A stretch of 64,000 nucleotides of DNA from Candidatus Latescibacterota bacterium (GCA_965208125.1 OZ242320.1:1504001-1568000), one strand, 5' to 3'; shown: positions 38,901 to 47,775, counted from the stretch's first letter. Notes: generated by a model from the letters alone, not told the origin. Numbers and translations are program-made.

Positions 38901-40481
38901 TGGGGGCCGCTGGAAGACACGGCTTATGATTATGCGCAGATAAATTTCAAAGACAGAGGCGTCGTAACGCCCCGAAGCTGGTATATTGCGACAAGAGAAG
39001 ACAAAAAATCAAAAGCCGTATTGCGTTATAACAAGAAAAATTCCCGCGTCCAGGGTATCCTGGGGGCGTCACCCGAAGAAGCCCAGGTGACGCAGATCGA
39101 TACCCTGCTGCGAATCGGACGATGGTTTCAACCGGGCGAGTCTGCCTGTATTTTGCCCGATCGAGTAGCGGAGACCCTGGGTATAACGGCGCAAGATGTC
39201 GGCAAGGCGTACATCCGCCTCTTTGGCAAACCACTCACAGTAATCGGACTGATCAATTCTGAGAAAATGCGTCTGTTTGTCGATCTGGATGAAGAACAGA
39301 TAACACCGGCAGATTTTCAAGTCACCGAAGACGAATTTATCACCGTCATGTCTCAGACCGAGACCCGCGAACGGCAGGGATTGGAGCGCCCCGAAGTCGA
39401 AACCATGCCATTTGAACATCTGGATCCCGATGATATTTTAATCGTACCCTATGCCCTGTTGCGCGATGTGGGCAGTCCATTGCAGTCCGTAGCCGTGCGA
39501 TTTCACGAAGAAGTGGATGTAGAAGCCGAGATCAAATCATTCTTGTCGCGATTATCAGTGGTATTATTCGCCGGCATACCAACAGCAGATGGCGGCATAC
39601 GCGTCGCGGTTTACAGTTCCCTGGGCGATACCTCTTTGCAGGGCATGGCCAATTTGTTTATCCCCATTCTGGTCGCCGCGTTAATCGTACTCAACACCAT
39701 GATGGGATCGGTGTACGAACGCTTCCGCGAAATAAGCATCTATTCTTCCGTGGGATTAGCACCTGTACACATCGCCTTCTTGTTTATTGCCGAGGCATGT
39801 GTTTACGCGGTTTTGGGAACCGTTGGCGGGTATCTTTTGGGACAAAGCGTCGTCAAAATTTTACTGTGGCAAGATGCCTTACAGGGACTTACCGTGAATT
39901 ATTCGGCACTCTCGACCGTAACATCCTCAATGCTGGTCATGCTGGTGGTTCTGCTCTCGTCAATCTACCCCGCGCGCCAGGCATCCATGATGGCCGTACC
40001 CGACGTGACGCGCCGATGGAAATTCCCCGACCCAGACGGCGACCGCTGGCATTTTGAATTTCCATTTACCGTAGGCGGCAAAGACGTATTTGGCCTGTCC
40101 GTATTCCTCGTCGATTATTTCCAGGCGCATGCAGGTGAGAGCCTGGGCACATTTTACACAGATGGCGCGCGACTCGGCTCAGTTGAAACTGCAACCGGAC
40201 AGGGACATACAATTGACACGACAATCTGGTTGGCACCGTATGATCTGGGTGTGAGCCAGCAGGTGCATTTTGAAGCGATCCCCACAGGAGAACACAATAT
40301 TTTTGCCATGACATTGACCATAGATCGGCTATCCGGCGATGCCTCGTCATGGCGGCGGGTCAACAAAAACTTTATGAACGCGCTGCGCAAACAATTCCTC
40401 ATCTGGCGCACCGTAGCACCAGAAGATAAGGCGCAGTACACGGAAAAAGGACAGATGATACTCGCCGGGGCTACAGTCTAA
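35955..40481 (+). CDS. M28-peptidase-like / FtsX-type permease fusion membrane protein
   Basis: SRVPGYPG..AAQFI, NVLGWI.G and IVVINAYYDA (M28 fold). TM block, then RKLRTWLT...MacB-like periplasmic region...LNTMMGSVYERFREISIYSSVGL...SSIYPARQAS (FtsX). AAAGGA RBS before ATG 35955. Confidence 0.85.
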   Translation: MSRRIGWLALIGIAVFGFGAVISGPGTVDPLLRNVLGLHPPEPVEPVPVPGAEVVADRVKREITEAEVRALMATFTQYKSRVPGYPGHDAAAQFIEQRFRALGLKNVETETYGVTSPVDEGSQLTIISSGEVFPLSGLWPNLVKTSTLPPGGVRTRLIDGGNGEFKVYDGKDVENTVVLLNFNTWNKWLNAAVLGAQQIIFIAPDTTSYTQAETKFLQVPNTVERFWIDREHGEKLRTLLADQGEIEIQLESRMPWKKNDAANVLGWIEGSDPVMKKKIVVINAYYDAMSVVPAQAPGAEMACGIVALMRLAEHFQAHRPKYTVIFLASSAHHLGFRGICDFLNRHSRKEEHFAALMTEPIDIDLFIGLDLSSQTDEIGVATQTAGFGVNTAVNYFSTRFFATFSKSFVRYATAIAEGMGVPSKDVMVDGINPKGGMTWDMYIPGENIKSDSEVVLYAGTPALSLTTVNDARFRVDTPLDRAEYINYANLTKQIRVLAGMLDLSFNDEEFLPDYKLDPIDRMRGLKGYVRTFPRRSITPDKSRPGAIAAMRMGLEKSIKGVRRIYYDLADENGEYYIPGVAERRVHVRAYYIDPHSGEITYAPNQGRQGKIYSGHFNMNWWITKQTVILFPCVATDFYGTVDPRYLNTLSNISVYGVGNTAPQEYGYDIGFGPDEPVGVVYTSPGEKVKIAMRAGAIGVRYLLLNSKSADTEWDARGEGFQTLSSGSLIRTPYQAARDMWILNESRMRKLRQYSIENQRLEVLHAQAKQHLDEAETALQEKQWDAFVKHTRAGMGIESRAYPDVKTTQNDVIRGVIFFMLLVIPCAFFLERLIFTFADIRMQIGGIGLVFVVIWIFLSQVHPAFDLSNPFVILLAFVILALAIFVISILSGRFNENIRRLRSAEVLLHETDVGRISASVAAFQLGIANMKKRKLRTWLTFATLVLLTFTVLSFTSIKSALEFHQLQRDTEGAYPGILIRSKFWGPLEDTAYDYAQINFKDRGVVTPRSWYIATREDKKSKAVLRYNKKNSRVQGILGASPEEAQVTQIDTLLRIGRWFQPGESACILPDRVAETLGITAQDVGKAYIRLFGKPLTVIGLINSEKMRLFVDLDEEQITPADFQVTEDEFITVMSQTETRERQGLERPEVETMPFEHLDPDDILIVPYALLRDVGSPLQSVAVRFHEEVDVEAEIKSFLSRLSVVLFAGIPTADGGIRVAVYSSLGDTSLQGMANLFIPILVAALIVLNTMMGSVYERFREISIYSSVGLAPVHIAFLFIAEACVYAVLGTVGGYLLGQSVVKILLWQDALQGLTVNYSALSTVTSSMLVMLVVLLSSIYPARQASMMAVPDVTRRWKFPDPDGDRWHFEFPFTVGGKDVFGLSVFLVDYFQAHAGESLGTFYTDGARLGSVETATGQGHTIDTTIWLAPYDLGVSQQVHFEAIPTGEHNIFAMTLTIDRLSGDASSWRRVNKNFMNALRKQFLIWRTVAPEDKAQYTEKGQMILAGATV

Positions 40482-40507
40482 GATGGAACTTTTTTTCTGA
40501 AAAAACG

Positions 40508-40536
40508 TTGACTTCTAAGATAATAAAGGGTATCTT
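40508..40536 (+). promoter_or_regulatory. sigma-70 promoter of the cold-shock gene (long 5' UTR)
   Basis: TTGACT-17 nt-TATCTT, about 140 nt upstream of the start codon. Confidence 0.6.
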
Positions 40537-40677
40537 TGCCCATGCATTAAGAATGTGTTGTTTTGTTTCCTGTACAATCGGCCTGAAAAGACGGTATGGC
40601 AAGAATCGAAACTTCTGATTCTTGCCTTTTTTTCGATCTGATGTGCAATTTACGATGTAGAAAGGTGGTGAAGTACG

Positions 40678-40878
40678 TTGGCAGAAGGAAGAGTTAAGTG
40701 GTTTAACGACGCCAAGGGATTCGGCTTTATCGAGCAAGACGATGGCGAAGATGTTTTTGTCCATTTCTCAGCGATCCAAGCCGAAGGCTTTAAGTCTTTG
40801 TCTGAAGGTGACCTCGTTGAATTTGACATTACCCAGGGTCCTAAAGGGCTCCAGGCTGCGAATGTCACCAAGCAATAA
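40678..40878 (+). CDS. cspA: cold-shock protein
   Basis: [37 protein letters not shown] start with AAGGTGG RBS. Confidence 0.97.
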   Translation: MAEGRVKWFNDAKGFGFIEQDDGEDVFVHFSAIQAEGFKSLSEGDLVEFDITQGPKGLQAANVTKQ

Positions 40879-40903
40879 TCTGAAATAAATTCAGAATTAA
40901 CCC

Positions 40904-40938
40904 AAAAGCACCACCTCTTTTGAGATGGTGCTTTTTTA
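40904..40938 (+). terminator. intrinsic terminator after csp
   Basis: AAAAGCACCA.CTC-TTTT-GAG.TGGTGCTTTTTT. Confidence 0.85.
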
Positions 40939-40942
40939 TTGC

Positions 40943-41000
40943 GGGCGAAGGGGGTCGCCCCTACAAAATCATCGTAGGGGACGGCCCCTGTGCCGTCCCG
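40943..41000. repeat. inverted pair of REP-like elements
   Basis: GGGCGAAGGGGGTCGCCCCTACA followed by GTAGGGGACGGCCCCTGTGCCGTCCCG. The latter is the exact reverse complement of 56736-56762. Confidence 0.75.
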
Positions 41001-41030
41001 TCTGCGATCCAGAATGTTTTTACCTGACCC

Positions 41031-41591
41031 CTAAACCCTCTTAATACAAAAATCCGAAAACCGGATCCAGTGGTCGCCTTCTTCCGGACCATTATAGCAC
41101 TGAATACTCACCTGATCATCGCCCGGAGGAGGAAGCGCGCCCGAAGCCGCAGTCTGGAACGCGGTCTCACCTTCGGCGCGATACTGCGCTTCCCATGTAC
41201 TCGCAGTGACCACAAGCCGCAAACGAACACTCTGCGTCGGCATCGGCTGCTTCCCGGGAATAATGTACAGATCGCCATCAATGAGTTCCTTGACCTCTTT
41301 GAACACCGGCTCCCCATTGTGATACCATGTAATACCCGCCTGTTCGTATTGCTGCGTCGGCTGGCTGTGATTCGCGATCGTAACCTCAACCGCATAAGTA
41401 CCCTCACCGCGATCTGGCGCAGACCTGAGCAAAGCGTTTTGCACCGTGTCCTTCACACCGGGACGCACGCAAATCTCCAGACCGCCATCCCCAATCCGCC
41501 AATCATCGGGATGTTCCCGCAACCACGACCAGCCGCTATCCAGCCCACCGTCAAATGTATCCTGAAAAATGATTTGTCCATCGCTCATCAT
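41031..41591 (-). CDS. DUF1349/concanavalin-A-like beta-sandwich protein
   Basis: FQDTFDGGLDSGWSWLRE...QQYEQAGITWY...IRFSDF. Confidence 0.7.
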   Translation of the reverse strand: MMSDGQIIFQDTFDGGLDSGWSWLREHPDDWRIGDGGLEICVRPGVKDTVQNALLRSAPDRGEGTYAVEVTIANHSQPTQQYEQAGITWYHNGEPVFKEVKELIDGDLYIIPGKQPMPTQSVRLRLVVTASTWEAQYRAEGETAFQTAASGALPPPGDDQVSIQCYNGPEEGDHWIRFSDFCIKRV

Positions 41592-41788
41592 AAATCTCCT
41601 GTCCAGAATGATCAGATATTCCCGCGCTCATGGTCGAGAAATTTCAGACGTTCTTCAAGTATTTTTCTACCCCCTCAACTCACCACCCCAGGATAAAGAC
41701 ATATCCGAATCTTCTGTATTGAATTTGTCACCCTATTTATATTTACATTGAAAGCCGCGATAAAAATTGTATCCAACACAGGAACGCC

Positions 41789-42742
41789 ATGAAAAAACAC
41801 CTTGTATTTTTTATTCTCCTATTATTATTCGGTTGCCGGCCACAGGTCTCTGACGAACAAATCACCGTCTGTTCTTTCAACATCAAATTCCTCGGACTAT
41901 ACAAAAAGAAAGACAACGAAGCACTCGCCCGATTGGTCAAAAAATACGACATGGTCGTCGTCCAGGAACTCGTTGCCCCGCCTGATAATGGCCAATACTG
42001 CGGTGGCAAGCCCTATAGCGAGGACCCCGAAGCCGATGCATTCTTCAATGCCATGAGCACACAGGGCTTTGATTACTCCCTATCTTGTGAAGACACGGGA
42101 AGAGGCGAAAACATCCACAACAGAGGATCGAGTACCGAATGGTCCGTGGTCTTTTACAAACCCGGCAAACTAAAAATCGCCAATGATCTACCCAACGGAT
42201 TCCTCGCAAAAGACCGCTCTGCCCATCCCATATACCCCCGCGTACCACACGCCCACGGTTTCCGCACCACAGATGGCAAAATGGACTTTGTCGTCATCAA
42301 CGTCCACTTGTCCCCCGGCAAAAACAAGAAAAACGAACGCAAAGCCGAACTTTTGAGCATCGCCCAGTGGATCGACCGCCACGACGCACGGGAACAGGAC
42401 TTCTACATCGTAGGGGACATGAACATCGAAAACGCAAAGGAGCTTAAAGCAGTAACCCCTCGGGGATTTATCTCGCTCAACGACGAATGCCGAAAAACGA
42501 ACACAGCGGCCAAAAGCAGCAAACCCTATGACCACATCATGTACCGCCCGGCTAAGTTCGACGAAATAGATGAAAAATTTGATTTTCAGGTCATCGACCT
42601 CATCGACCAGATGCGCAGCACCTGGCGAGGCTCCGAAACCTATCCCGGCGACCCGTACAAAGGGAGCTTATTTGCACAGCACTACTCAGATCATCACCCC
42701 GTGCTCTTCCGTCTGAACATCCCGAGCCAGGATGACGACTAA
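41789..42742 (+). CDS. DNase I-like endonuclease/exonuclease/phosphatase lipoprotein
   Basis: Lipobox LLFGC. SFNIK, VVVQE, NVHL, GDMN, YDHI and SDHHPV motifs. Confidence 0.88.
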   Translation: MKKHLVFFILLLLFGCRPQVSDEQITVCSFNIKFLGLYKKKDNEALARLVKKYDMVVVQELVAPPDNGQYCGGKPYSEDPEADAFFNAMSTQGFDYSLSCEDTGRGENIHNRGSSTEWSVVFYKPGKLKIANDLPNGFLAKDRSAHPIYPRVPHAHGFRTTDGKMDFVVINVHLSPGKNKKNERKAELLSIAQWIDRHDAREQDFYIVGDMNIENAKELKAVTPRGFISLNDECRKTNTAAKSSKPYDHIMYRPAKFDEIDEKFDFQVIDLIDQMRSTWRGSETYPGDPYKGSLFAQHYSDHHPVLFRLNIPSQDDD

Positions 42743-42771
42743 CATTGCCTACCCTGATCAATCTCCCAGGC

Positions 42772-42820
42772 AAAAAGGAAACGGGTAGAGAATATAGCAA
42801 TCCTCTACCCGTTCTTTTTT
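42772..42820. terminator. bidirectional terminator
   Basis: AAAAAGGAAACGGGTAGAG...CTCTACCCGTTCTTTTTT. Confidence 0.75.
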
Positions 42821-42845
42821 AATACCCCAATTGCAATTGAAGAGC

Positions 42846-42876
42846 ACGGGCGGGCACGGGGGCACCGCCCCTACAT
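42846..42876. repeat. REP-like element
   Basis: ACGGGCGGGCACGGGGGCACCGCCCCTACAT; 30/31 identical to 10858-10888. Confidence 0.75.
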
Positions 42877-42922
42877 ATTATACATAACCTCATAAAGGGT
42901 CGGATGCTAACAACCCCTGGAA

Positions 42923-43264
42923 TCATGCATCTCCCGACAACGCCGGGACCCGGGACTCGAAGAAATCGGACGCCAGCATAATTTGATCCTGCTGGCGCAC
43001 CACAAGCCCTTTAACGCGAGGCAAATATTCATCAACCCATCGGGGATCGCTGCGCACGGCCTGCCGCGCCTGATCAAAATGGGTATAATCGCGATACGCC
43101 CAAATGTGAACAACGCGATTTAACTTCCCAATATCGGTATAATACCACCCGGCGAGTTTGACGCCATAGTCTTCGCGCAGAGGAAGCGCCACCTCGCGCA
43201 CCGCATCCATATAGGTCTGCAAAGCACCGGGATTCAGGTCATAGGTTCGCATGTCGTAAATCAT
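42923..43264 (-). CDS. NIPSNAP family protein
   Basis: MIYDMRTYDLNPG...GWYYTDIGKLNRVVHIWAY...R.AVRSDPRW. Confidence 0.9.
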   Translation of the reverse strand: MIYDMRTYDLNPGALQTYMDAVREVALPLREDYGVKLAGWYYTDIGKLNRVVHIWAYRDYTHFDQARQAVRSDPRWVDEYLPRVKGLVVRQQDQIMLASDFFESRVPALSGDA

Positions 43265-43491
43265 AGAAAATCTCCAAAAAGGGTGAGAAAGAAATCATTC
43301 ATGCCACATATAACACGAGAATTGCTGGTATCATAATTTAGTGGAAAAACCTCACAAATACTCAGCTTTTTTATACCTCTCCATATTTTTGTACCGGGAT
43401 CCATTTTTTCCCTCCAAATTTGACACCAAAAGCGTTTGCAGCCCGTCTAAGTGTTCGATTCAGCTTTAATACAGATCCCCATGAACACAAC

Positions 43492-43580
43492 GACCGGGCC
43501 GAGATATCCCTTCACTCCAGGCCCGGTCTTCGGGGGCGGCGTGGTAAATGGTATCCCTCCCTGCCGTCCCCTCATTTTTT
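43492..43580 (+). ncRNA. candidate two-hairpin small RNA with anti-SD-like loops
   Basis: GACCGGGCC/GGCCCGGTC and GGGGGCGGC/GCCGTCCCC stems. Both loops contain TATCCCT. Followed by a U-tract. Confidence 0.4.
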
Positions 43581-43703
43581 ATGCATCCCGGAAAAATGAT
43601 TACCAAATGAAAATTATAGTTGTATTTCGGCAAATGGCAAGAAAAACCGTTACGGCCTAAAAAAATTGCCCGACTGATGCACTCACTGAACTTTTTATTA
43701 AAA

Positions 43704-44038
43704 AACTCAAGTTGTGAGGTATAAAAGCAGAAAGACTATACGCCAAAACACACCAGTGACCATATATCGTTTTTTTTCACCATATATAGTGAAAAAGATC
43801 TAAAATGCAGGTCGGATTTTTTAGAACAAAAAAATATATCTTTATTAAAAATAATCTTTTATGAATAAACTTATTTGTAGAAATCCCAATTGGCATAGTT
43901 ATTGCTTACTAAAGGGTAGTGTCAATGATATACCAGCTATCCATCAACACAATCGTTTCTTGAGAAGGTGATTGCTTGCTTCTCATATTAAAAGAATGTC
44001 ATGGACATTTTGCAATCTTTTACGTCACAACTTGAGTT
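43704..44038. repeat. 335-bp segment bounded by 14-bp perfect inverted repeats
   Basis: AACTCAAGTTGTGA (43704-43717) / TCACAACTTGAGTT (44025-44038), extending imperfectly inward (GTA..AAAG). Confidence 0.7.
43891..43906 (+). promoter_or_regulatory. sigma-54 -24/-12 promoter
   Basis: TGGCAT-AGTTA-TTGCT with canonical spacing. Upstream dyad TTCACCATATATAGTGAA and an AT-rich spacer. Confidence 0.65.
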
Positions 44039-44167
44039 ATAGAAGAAAATTTTGGCAAATAATCGAAGAGTAATTTGTATTTGGAGATTTGGAAATTATT
44101 ATTATTTCATTTGCAAATGTGAGATACACTATAAATCTGTTTTTTTGTCTATATCATAAGGTTTTTT

Positions 44168-47100
44168 ATGCTCAAATCACTTGACCGCAAAGGCATCTGG
44201 CGGACTTATTCCATGGCAGATGGCCTTCCGGGGCAACGCATTGAACACATCGCCGAAGACAGCGCGGGTTATCTCTGGTTCGCCACCTGGGACAATGGTG
44301 TTAGTCGCTTCGACGGAGACGGGTTCCAGAATTTTACGCGACAGGACGGGCTTATTGATGATCGTACTTATTTTGTTACACAAGACAGTCAGAGTCGATT
44401 GTGGTTCGGTACACTAAATGGTGTTTGCTGGTACGATGGATCAAACTTCCACCATTTGGAGGACGACGGGATTGCTGGTCGTCCTGTCCAGTTCATTTAT
44501 GAAGGCAGTGAGGGACGTATATGGTGTGGCGGTCACAGGACTCTGGGATATTACGATGGCACTATGTTCTACGACCTGATTCCGCTCTATCTGCAAGACT
44601 ACGATCAGCCACCTTCTCCTGAGTGGCCCAACCAGTGTCGGGGCATTGTCGAGGACCCAGAAGGTCACCTGTGGTTTGGCTTTAATTACCTCATCCGCTT
44701 CGATGGCACATCCTTCCACCGCTACGAGGAAAAAGAGGGTTTTCCGCCAGGCAAGATTAGCTATGCCGTGGAGCAGGACAATACCGGTAAGGTGTGGGTG
44801 GGGCAGCACGAAAACAAAAACGAACTCTGGTGCTATGTCGATGGCACCTTTCAACCTGTTGAGATAAATTTGGGTAGCCCACTGCGCAAAATTCAGTGCG
44901 ACAGGGAAGGTCGAATGTGGTTTAGCACTTCAGAAGGGGTACTCTATCAAGACGGTGATGGGTTCAGCAGGTTTACCCCTACCGATGGCCTGCCCCATCC
45001 CGCAGTCAAAGCTGTGTTGCAGGATCGCGATCATCAGTTCTGGTTCGCCACCTGGAGTGGCGTCGGCCTTTACGATGCACATAGTATCAGCGTTTTCGAC
45101 TTTAGCTCAAGGGGTTCTAAAAGAGTGAGCGAGATCTCCCAGATCGCACAAGATCGGCGAGGTGATATGTGGGTCGGGTATGTAGCTCCCGCTCTCAACC
45201 GGCTGGAGAAAAGCGTTTTTCGCTTTGACGGCGAGCACTTTGCCTTTGTAGGCACTGAGGATGGCTTTGATATCGACAACTGTTTCGCTATCTACGAGGA
45301 CCACGATGGGTGCCTGTGGTTTGGTGGTCACAATGGCTTGTTCCGCTACGATGGGAAGAAGCTCCAAAAAATGCAAACAATCGCAGGTTTAGGGAAAAGA
45401 AGTGTCAGTACAATTACCCAGGACTCGCAAGGACGATTTATTTTTGGCTATTGGGAAAGCAGCAACATAATCGAAAAAAAAGATCTTTTTGCCAGTCCTT
45501 TGAAGATCATTTATCAGCGGGGTGAGCAGTTTCAAACCATTTTTGTAAAAGATAAAAATAAGGATCCTTTCAGCTACATTGGTACTGTGATTACCGGGCG
45601 CGATAGCGAGGTTTATTTTCATCTCATTCACCAAAATTTTTCCGACAACGCTAAGAGTTTCGCGCGCTGGTATCCCGAAGATAAGCTCAAATTCTATGGG
45701 ATTGAGGATGGGCTGGTAGACAGCGGGGTCAACGACCTGCTGTTAGACTGCAATGGCAACCTGTGGATAGCTACTCAAAGAGGTCTCAGCCGCTTTGATG
45801 GCAGTACATTCCACAACTTCACGACTGAAGATGGTCTGCCGAGCAATGCCATCCGTTGCTTGTTCGAAGATTCGCAAGACCACCTCTGGCTCGGCACAGA
45901 CGGCGGCGTAGTTCACTTTGATGGTCAGTTTTTTCAGACCATCAAGTCACCGCATATAGGACCCGTTCTTCAGATACTCGAAGATCGCGACGGAGCTTTC
46001 TGGTTCGGTACAGCCCAAAATTCTCTGGTACGCTATCGTCAGCGACAGACGCCACCCATGATTCGCCTGCTTCAGGTCGTCGCCGGTCAGGTCTATGAGA
46101 ACCCGAAAGAAGTCATCGCCTCTACGACAGACCAACAGGTGACTTTCGAGTATAAGGGGATGAGTTTTTCCACACACCCCCGCGACATGCTCTATGTCTA
46201 TCGTCTTGAAGGATACGACCCCGACTGGCAACCTGCGACACGAAAGACGCGGGCCTACTACCGGAACTTGTCGCCGGGCGAGTACACCTTTCAGGTCAGA
46301 GCGATAGATCGCGACCTCAATTACTCGGAGATCGCGCAGGTGCAACTCTCCGTAGAAATGGACCCGCGCATCAGCGCACTGACCTCCATAATCAACAGCA
46401 CGGATGGCGTGGGCAAAGAATTCATCGGTGAGAGTGCGGCCCTGCACGCGTTTCAAATCCAACTCAAACAGGTCGCAGCCACTGACCTGACGGTACTATT
46501 TAAGGGCGAGACGGGTGTGGGCAAGGGACTGGCAGCGCGGGTATTACACACGCTGAGTTCCAAGTGCGATGGTCCCTTTATGCAGGTCAACTGCGGTGCA
46601 TTGCCAGCAACGTTGATCGACAGTGAACTCTTTGGTCACGAGAAGGGCGCGTTTACCAGCGCAGTGTCTCGCAAGCTGGGCAAGGTAGAACTGGCCAAGG
46701 GCGGCACACTCTTTTTGGACGAGGTCGGCGATATGACTCTGGAAACGCAGGCCAGGATGTTGCGCTTGCTGGAAGAGGGCACTTATGAGCGCGTTGGGGG
46801 TAGCGAGACACTATCGATACAGGCACGGATTGTGGCAGCGACCAATCGCGACCTTAAAGAGATGGTCAATGCAGGTACTTTCCGCGAGGACCTCTATTAT
46901 CGCCTCAATGCCTTTCCAATGTCTTTGCCGCCCCTGCGCGAGCGCAAGGAGGATATACCAGACCTCGCCGAGCTTTTCAAGACTCGCATGGCGACACATC
47001 TGAACAAGCAAATCGAGCCTTTGACCACAGAGGTGATAGAAGTGCTACAAGCCTACGATTGGCCAGGCAATGTGCGAGAACTGGAACATACGATAAACCG

Positions 47101-47347
47101 AGCCGTCATCGTGTGTCAAAATTCTCAAATTGAGGTTGCGGATATCGGCCTGATAAAAAGTAGCGATCCTGTTTCTCCAGACAGCGAAATCGTGCCAATG
47201 GCTGAATTTGAACGCCTCTATATCCTGAAAGCACTCAAAACGACCAACTGGAAGATAAGGGGAACCGAAGGCGCGGCGACGCTCCTGCAATTACCGCCTT
47301 CTACCCTGTATAACAAAATGAAAAAACTGGATATCAAGCGTACCTGA
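44168..47347 (+). CDS. sigma-54 enhancer-binding protein with N-terminal Reg_prop beta-propellers and Y_Y_Y domain
   Basis: Repeated IxEDxxGxLWFxT blades and DGL motifs. YRLEGYD...[15 protein letters not shown] (YYY). [47 protein letters not shown]-terminal Fis-type HTH. Confidence 0.93.
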   Translation: MLKSLDRKGIWRTYSMADGLPGQRIEHIAEDSAGYLWFATWDNGVSRFDGDGFQNFTRQDGLIDDRTYFVTQDSQSRLWFGTLNGVCWYDGSNFHHLEDDGIAGRPVQFIYEGSEGRIWCGGHRTLGYYDGTMFYDLIPLYLQDYDQPPSPEWPNQCRGIVEDPEGHLWFGFNYLIRFDGTSFHRYEEKEGFPPGKISYAVEQDNTGKVWVGQHENKNELWCYVDGTFQPVEINLGSPLRKIQCDREGRMWFSTSEGVLYQDGDGFSRFTPTDGLPHPAVKAVLQDRDHQFWFATWSGVGLYDAHSISVFDFSSRGSKRVSEISQIAQDRRGDMWVGYVAPALNRLEKSVFRFDGEHFAFVGTEDGFDIDNCFAIYEDHDGCLWFGGHNGLFRYDGKKLQKMQTIAGLGKRSVSTITQDSQGRFIFGYWESSNIIEKKDLFASPLKIIYQRGEQFQTIFVKDKNKDPFSYIGTVITGRDSEVYFHLIHQNFSDNAKSFARWYPEDKLKFYGIEDGLVDSGVNDLLLDCNGNLWIATQRGLSRFDGSTFHNFTTEDGLPSNAIRCLFEDSQDHLWLGTDGGVVHFDGQFFQTIKSPHIGPVLQILEDRDGAFWFGTAQNSLVRYRQRQTPPMIRLLQVVAGQVYENPKEVIASTTDQQVTFEYKGMSFSTHPRDMLYVYRLEGYDPDWQPATRKTRAYYRNLSPGEYTFQVRAIDRDLNYSEIAQVQLSVEMDPRISALTSIINSTDGVGKEFIGESAALHAFQIQLKQVAATDLTVLFKGETGVGKGLAARVLHTLSSKCDGPFMQVNCGALPATLIDSELFGHEKGAFTSAVSRKLGKVELAKGGTLFLDEVGDMTLETQARMLRLLEEGTYERVGGSETLSIQARIVAATNRDLKEMVNAGTFREDLYYRLNAFPMSLPPLRERKEDIPDLAELFKTRMATHLNKQIEPLTTEVIEVLQAYDWPGNVRELEHTINRAVIVCQNSQIEVADIGLIKSSDPVSPDSEIVPMAEFERLYILKALKTTNWKIRGTEGAATLLQLPPSTLYNKMKKLDIKRT

Positions 47348-47348
47348 T

Positions 47349-47390
47349 TAAACATCCGTATATGGATTGTAGTCCATATACGGATGTTTA
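47349..47390. promoter_or_regulatory. palindrome with perfect 18-bp arms, putative enhancer (UAS)
   Basis: TAAACATCCGTATATGGA-TTGTAG-TCCATATACGGATGTTTA. A third CCGTATATGG lies at about 47445. Confidence 0.65.
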
Positions 47391-47556
47391 TATGTAACTA
47401 TTTATTAATCAATAACATAAGAGCCAGTCTGAATTTCTTTTGTACCGTATATGGTTCAAAAGACATAAAATTCGGGCTGGTTTTTTTGTTAGTATAGAAA
47501 TTTTATCTCAAATAAAAATAATATCTTACGAGTATTTATTTGGATTCCATTCACAG

Positions 47557-47572
47557 TGGCACGCTTTTTGCA
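47557..47572 (+). promoter_or_regulatory. sigma-54 -24/-12 promoter of the LRR gene
   Basis: TGGCAC-GCTTT-TTGCA, a consensus match, directly downstream of a bEBP gene. Confidence 0.85.
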
Positions 47573-47679
47573 GTTATAAACTACTTTCAGGTCCCGTCAG
47601 GACCATGAACGACGTGAAGCACAAAGTTTCACAACCATAAAATCAAATCACATTTTATATCAGAGGGAGGAATTAGAAA

Positions 47680-47775
47680 ATGGTACACCAGCCAACATCG
47701 CAGCGATCACCACCCCTGCATGCTGCGAAAACCACACCCTGTTTTCAAATACGAAATAGTGTCCTGAATTTCTAA
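47680..47775 (+). CDS. 31-aa leader ORF or gene remnant
   Basis: GAGGGAGG RBS 9 nt before ATG. Translates as MVHQPTSQRSPPLHAAKTTPCFQIRNSVLNF. Confidence 0.3.
   Translation: MVHQPTSQRSPPLHAAKTTPCFQIRNSVLNF

Noticed and set aside
40650-40871. 73-aa minus-strand ORF
   Set aside because: Antisense shadow of cspA.
43420-43455. TTGACA as the promoter of the candidate sRNA
   Set aside because: No acceptable -10 hexamer at 16-18 nt spacing.
43451-43660. 69-aa ORF over the two hairpins
   Set aside because: GTG start without RBS and no recognisable features. The RNA structure explains the sequence better.
47349-47390. Palindrome as an intrinsic terminator
   Set aside because: AT-rich nested dyad without a proper U-tract, positioned like a sigma-54 enhancer. 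A terminator role is not fully excluded.
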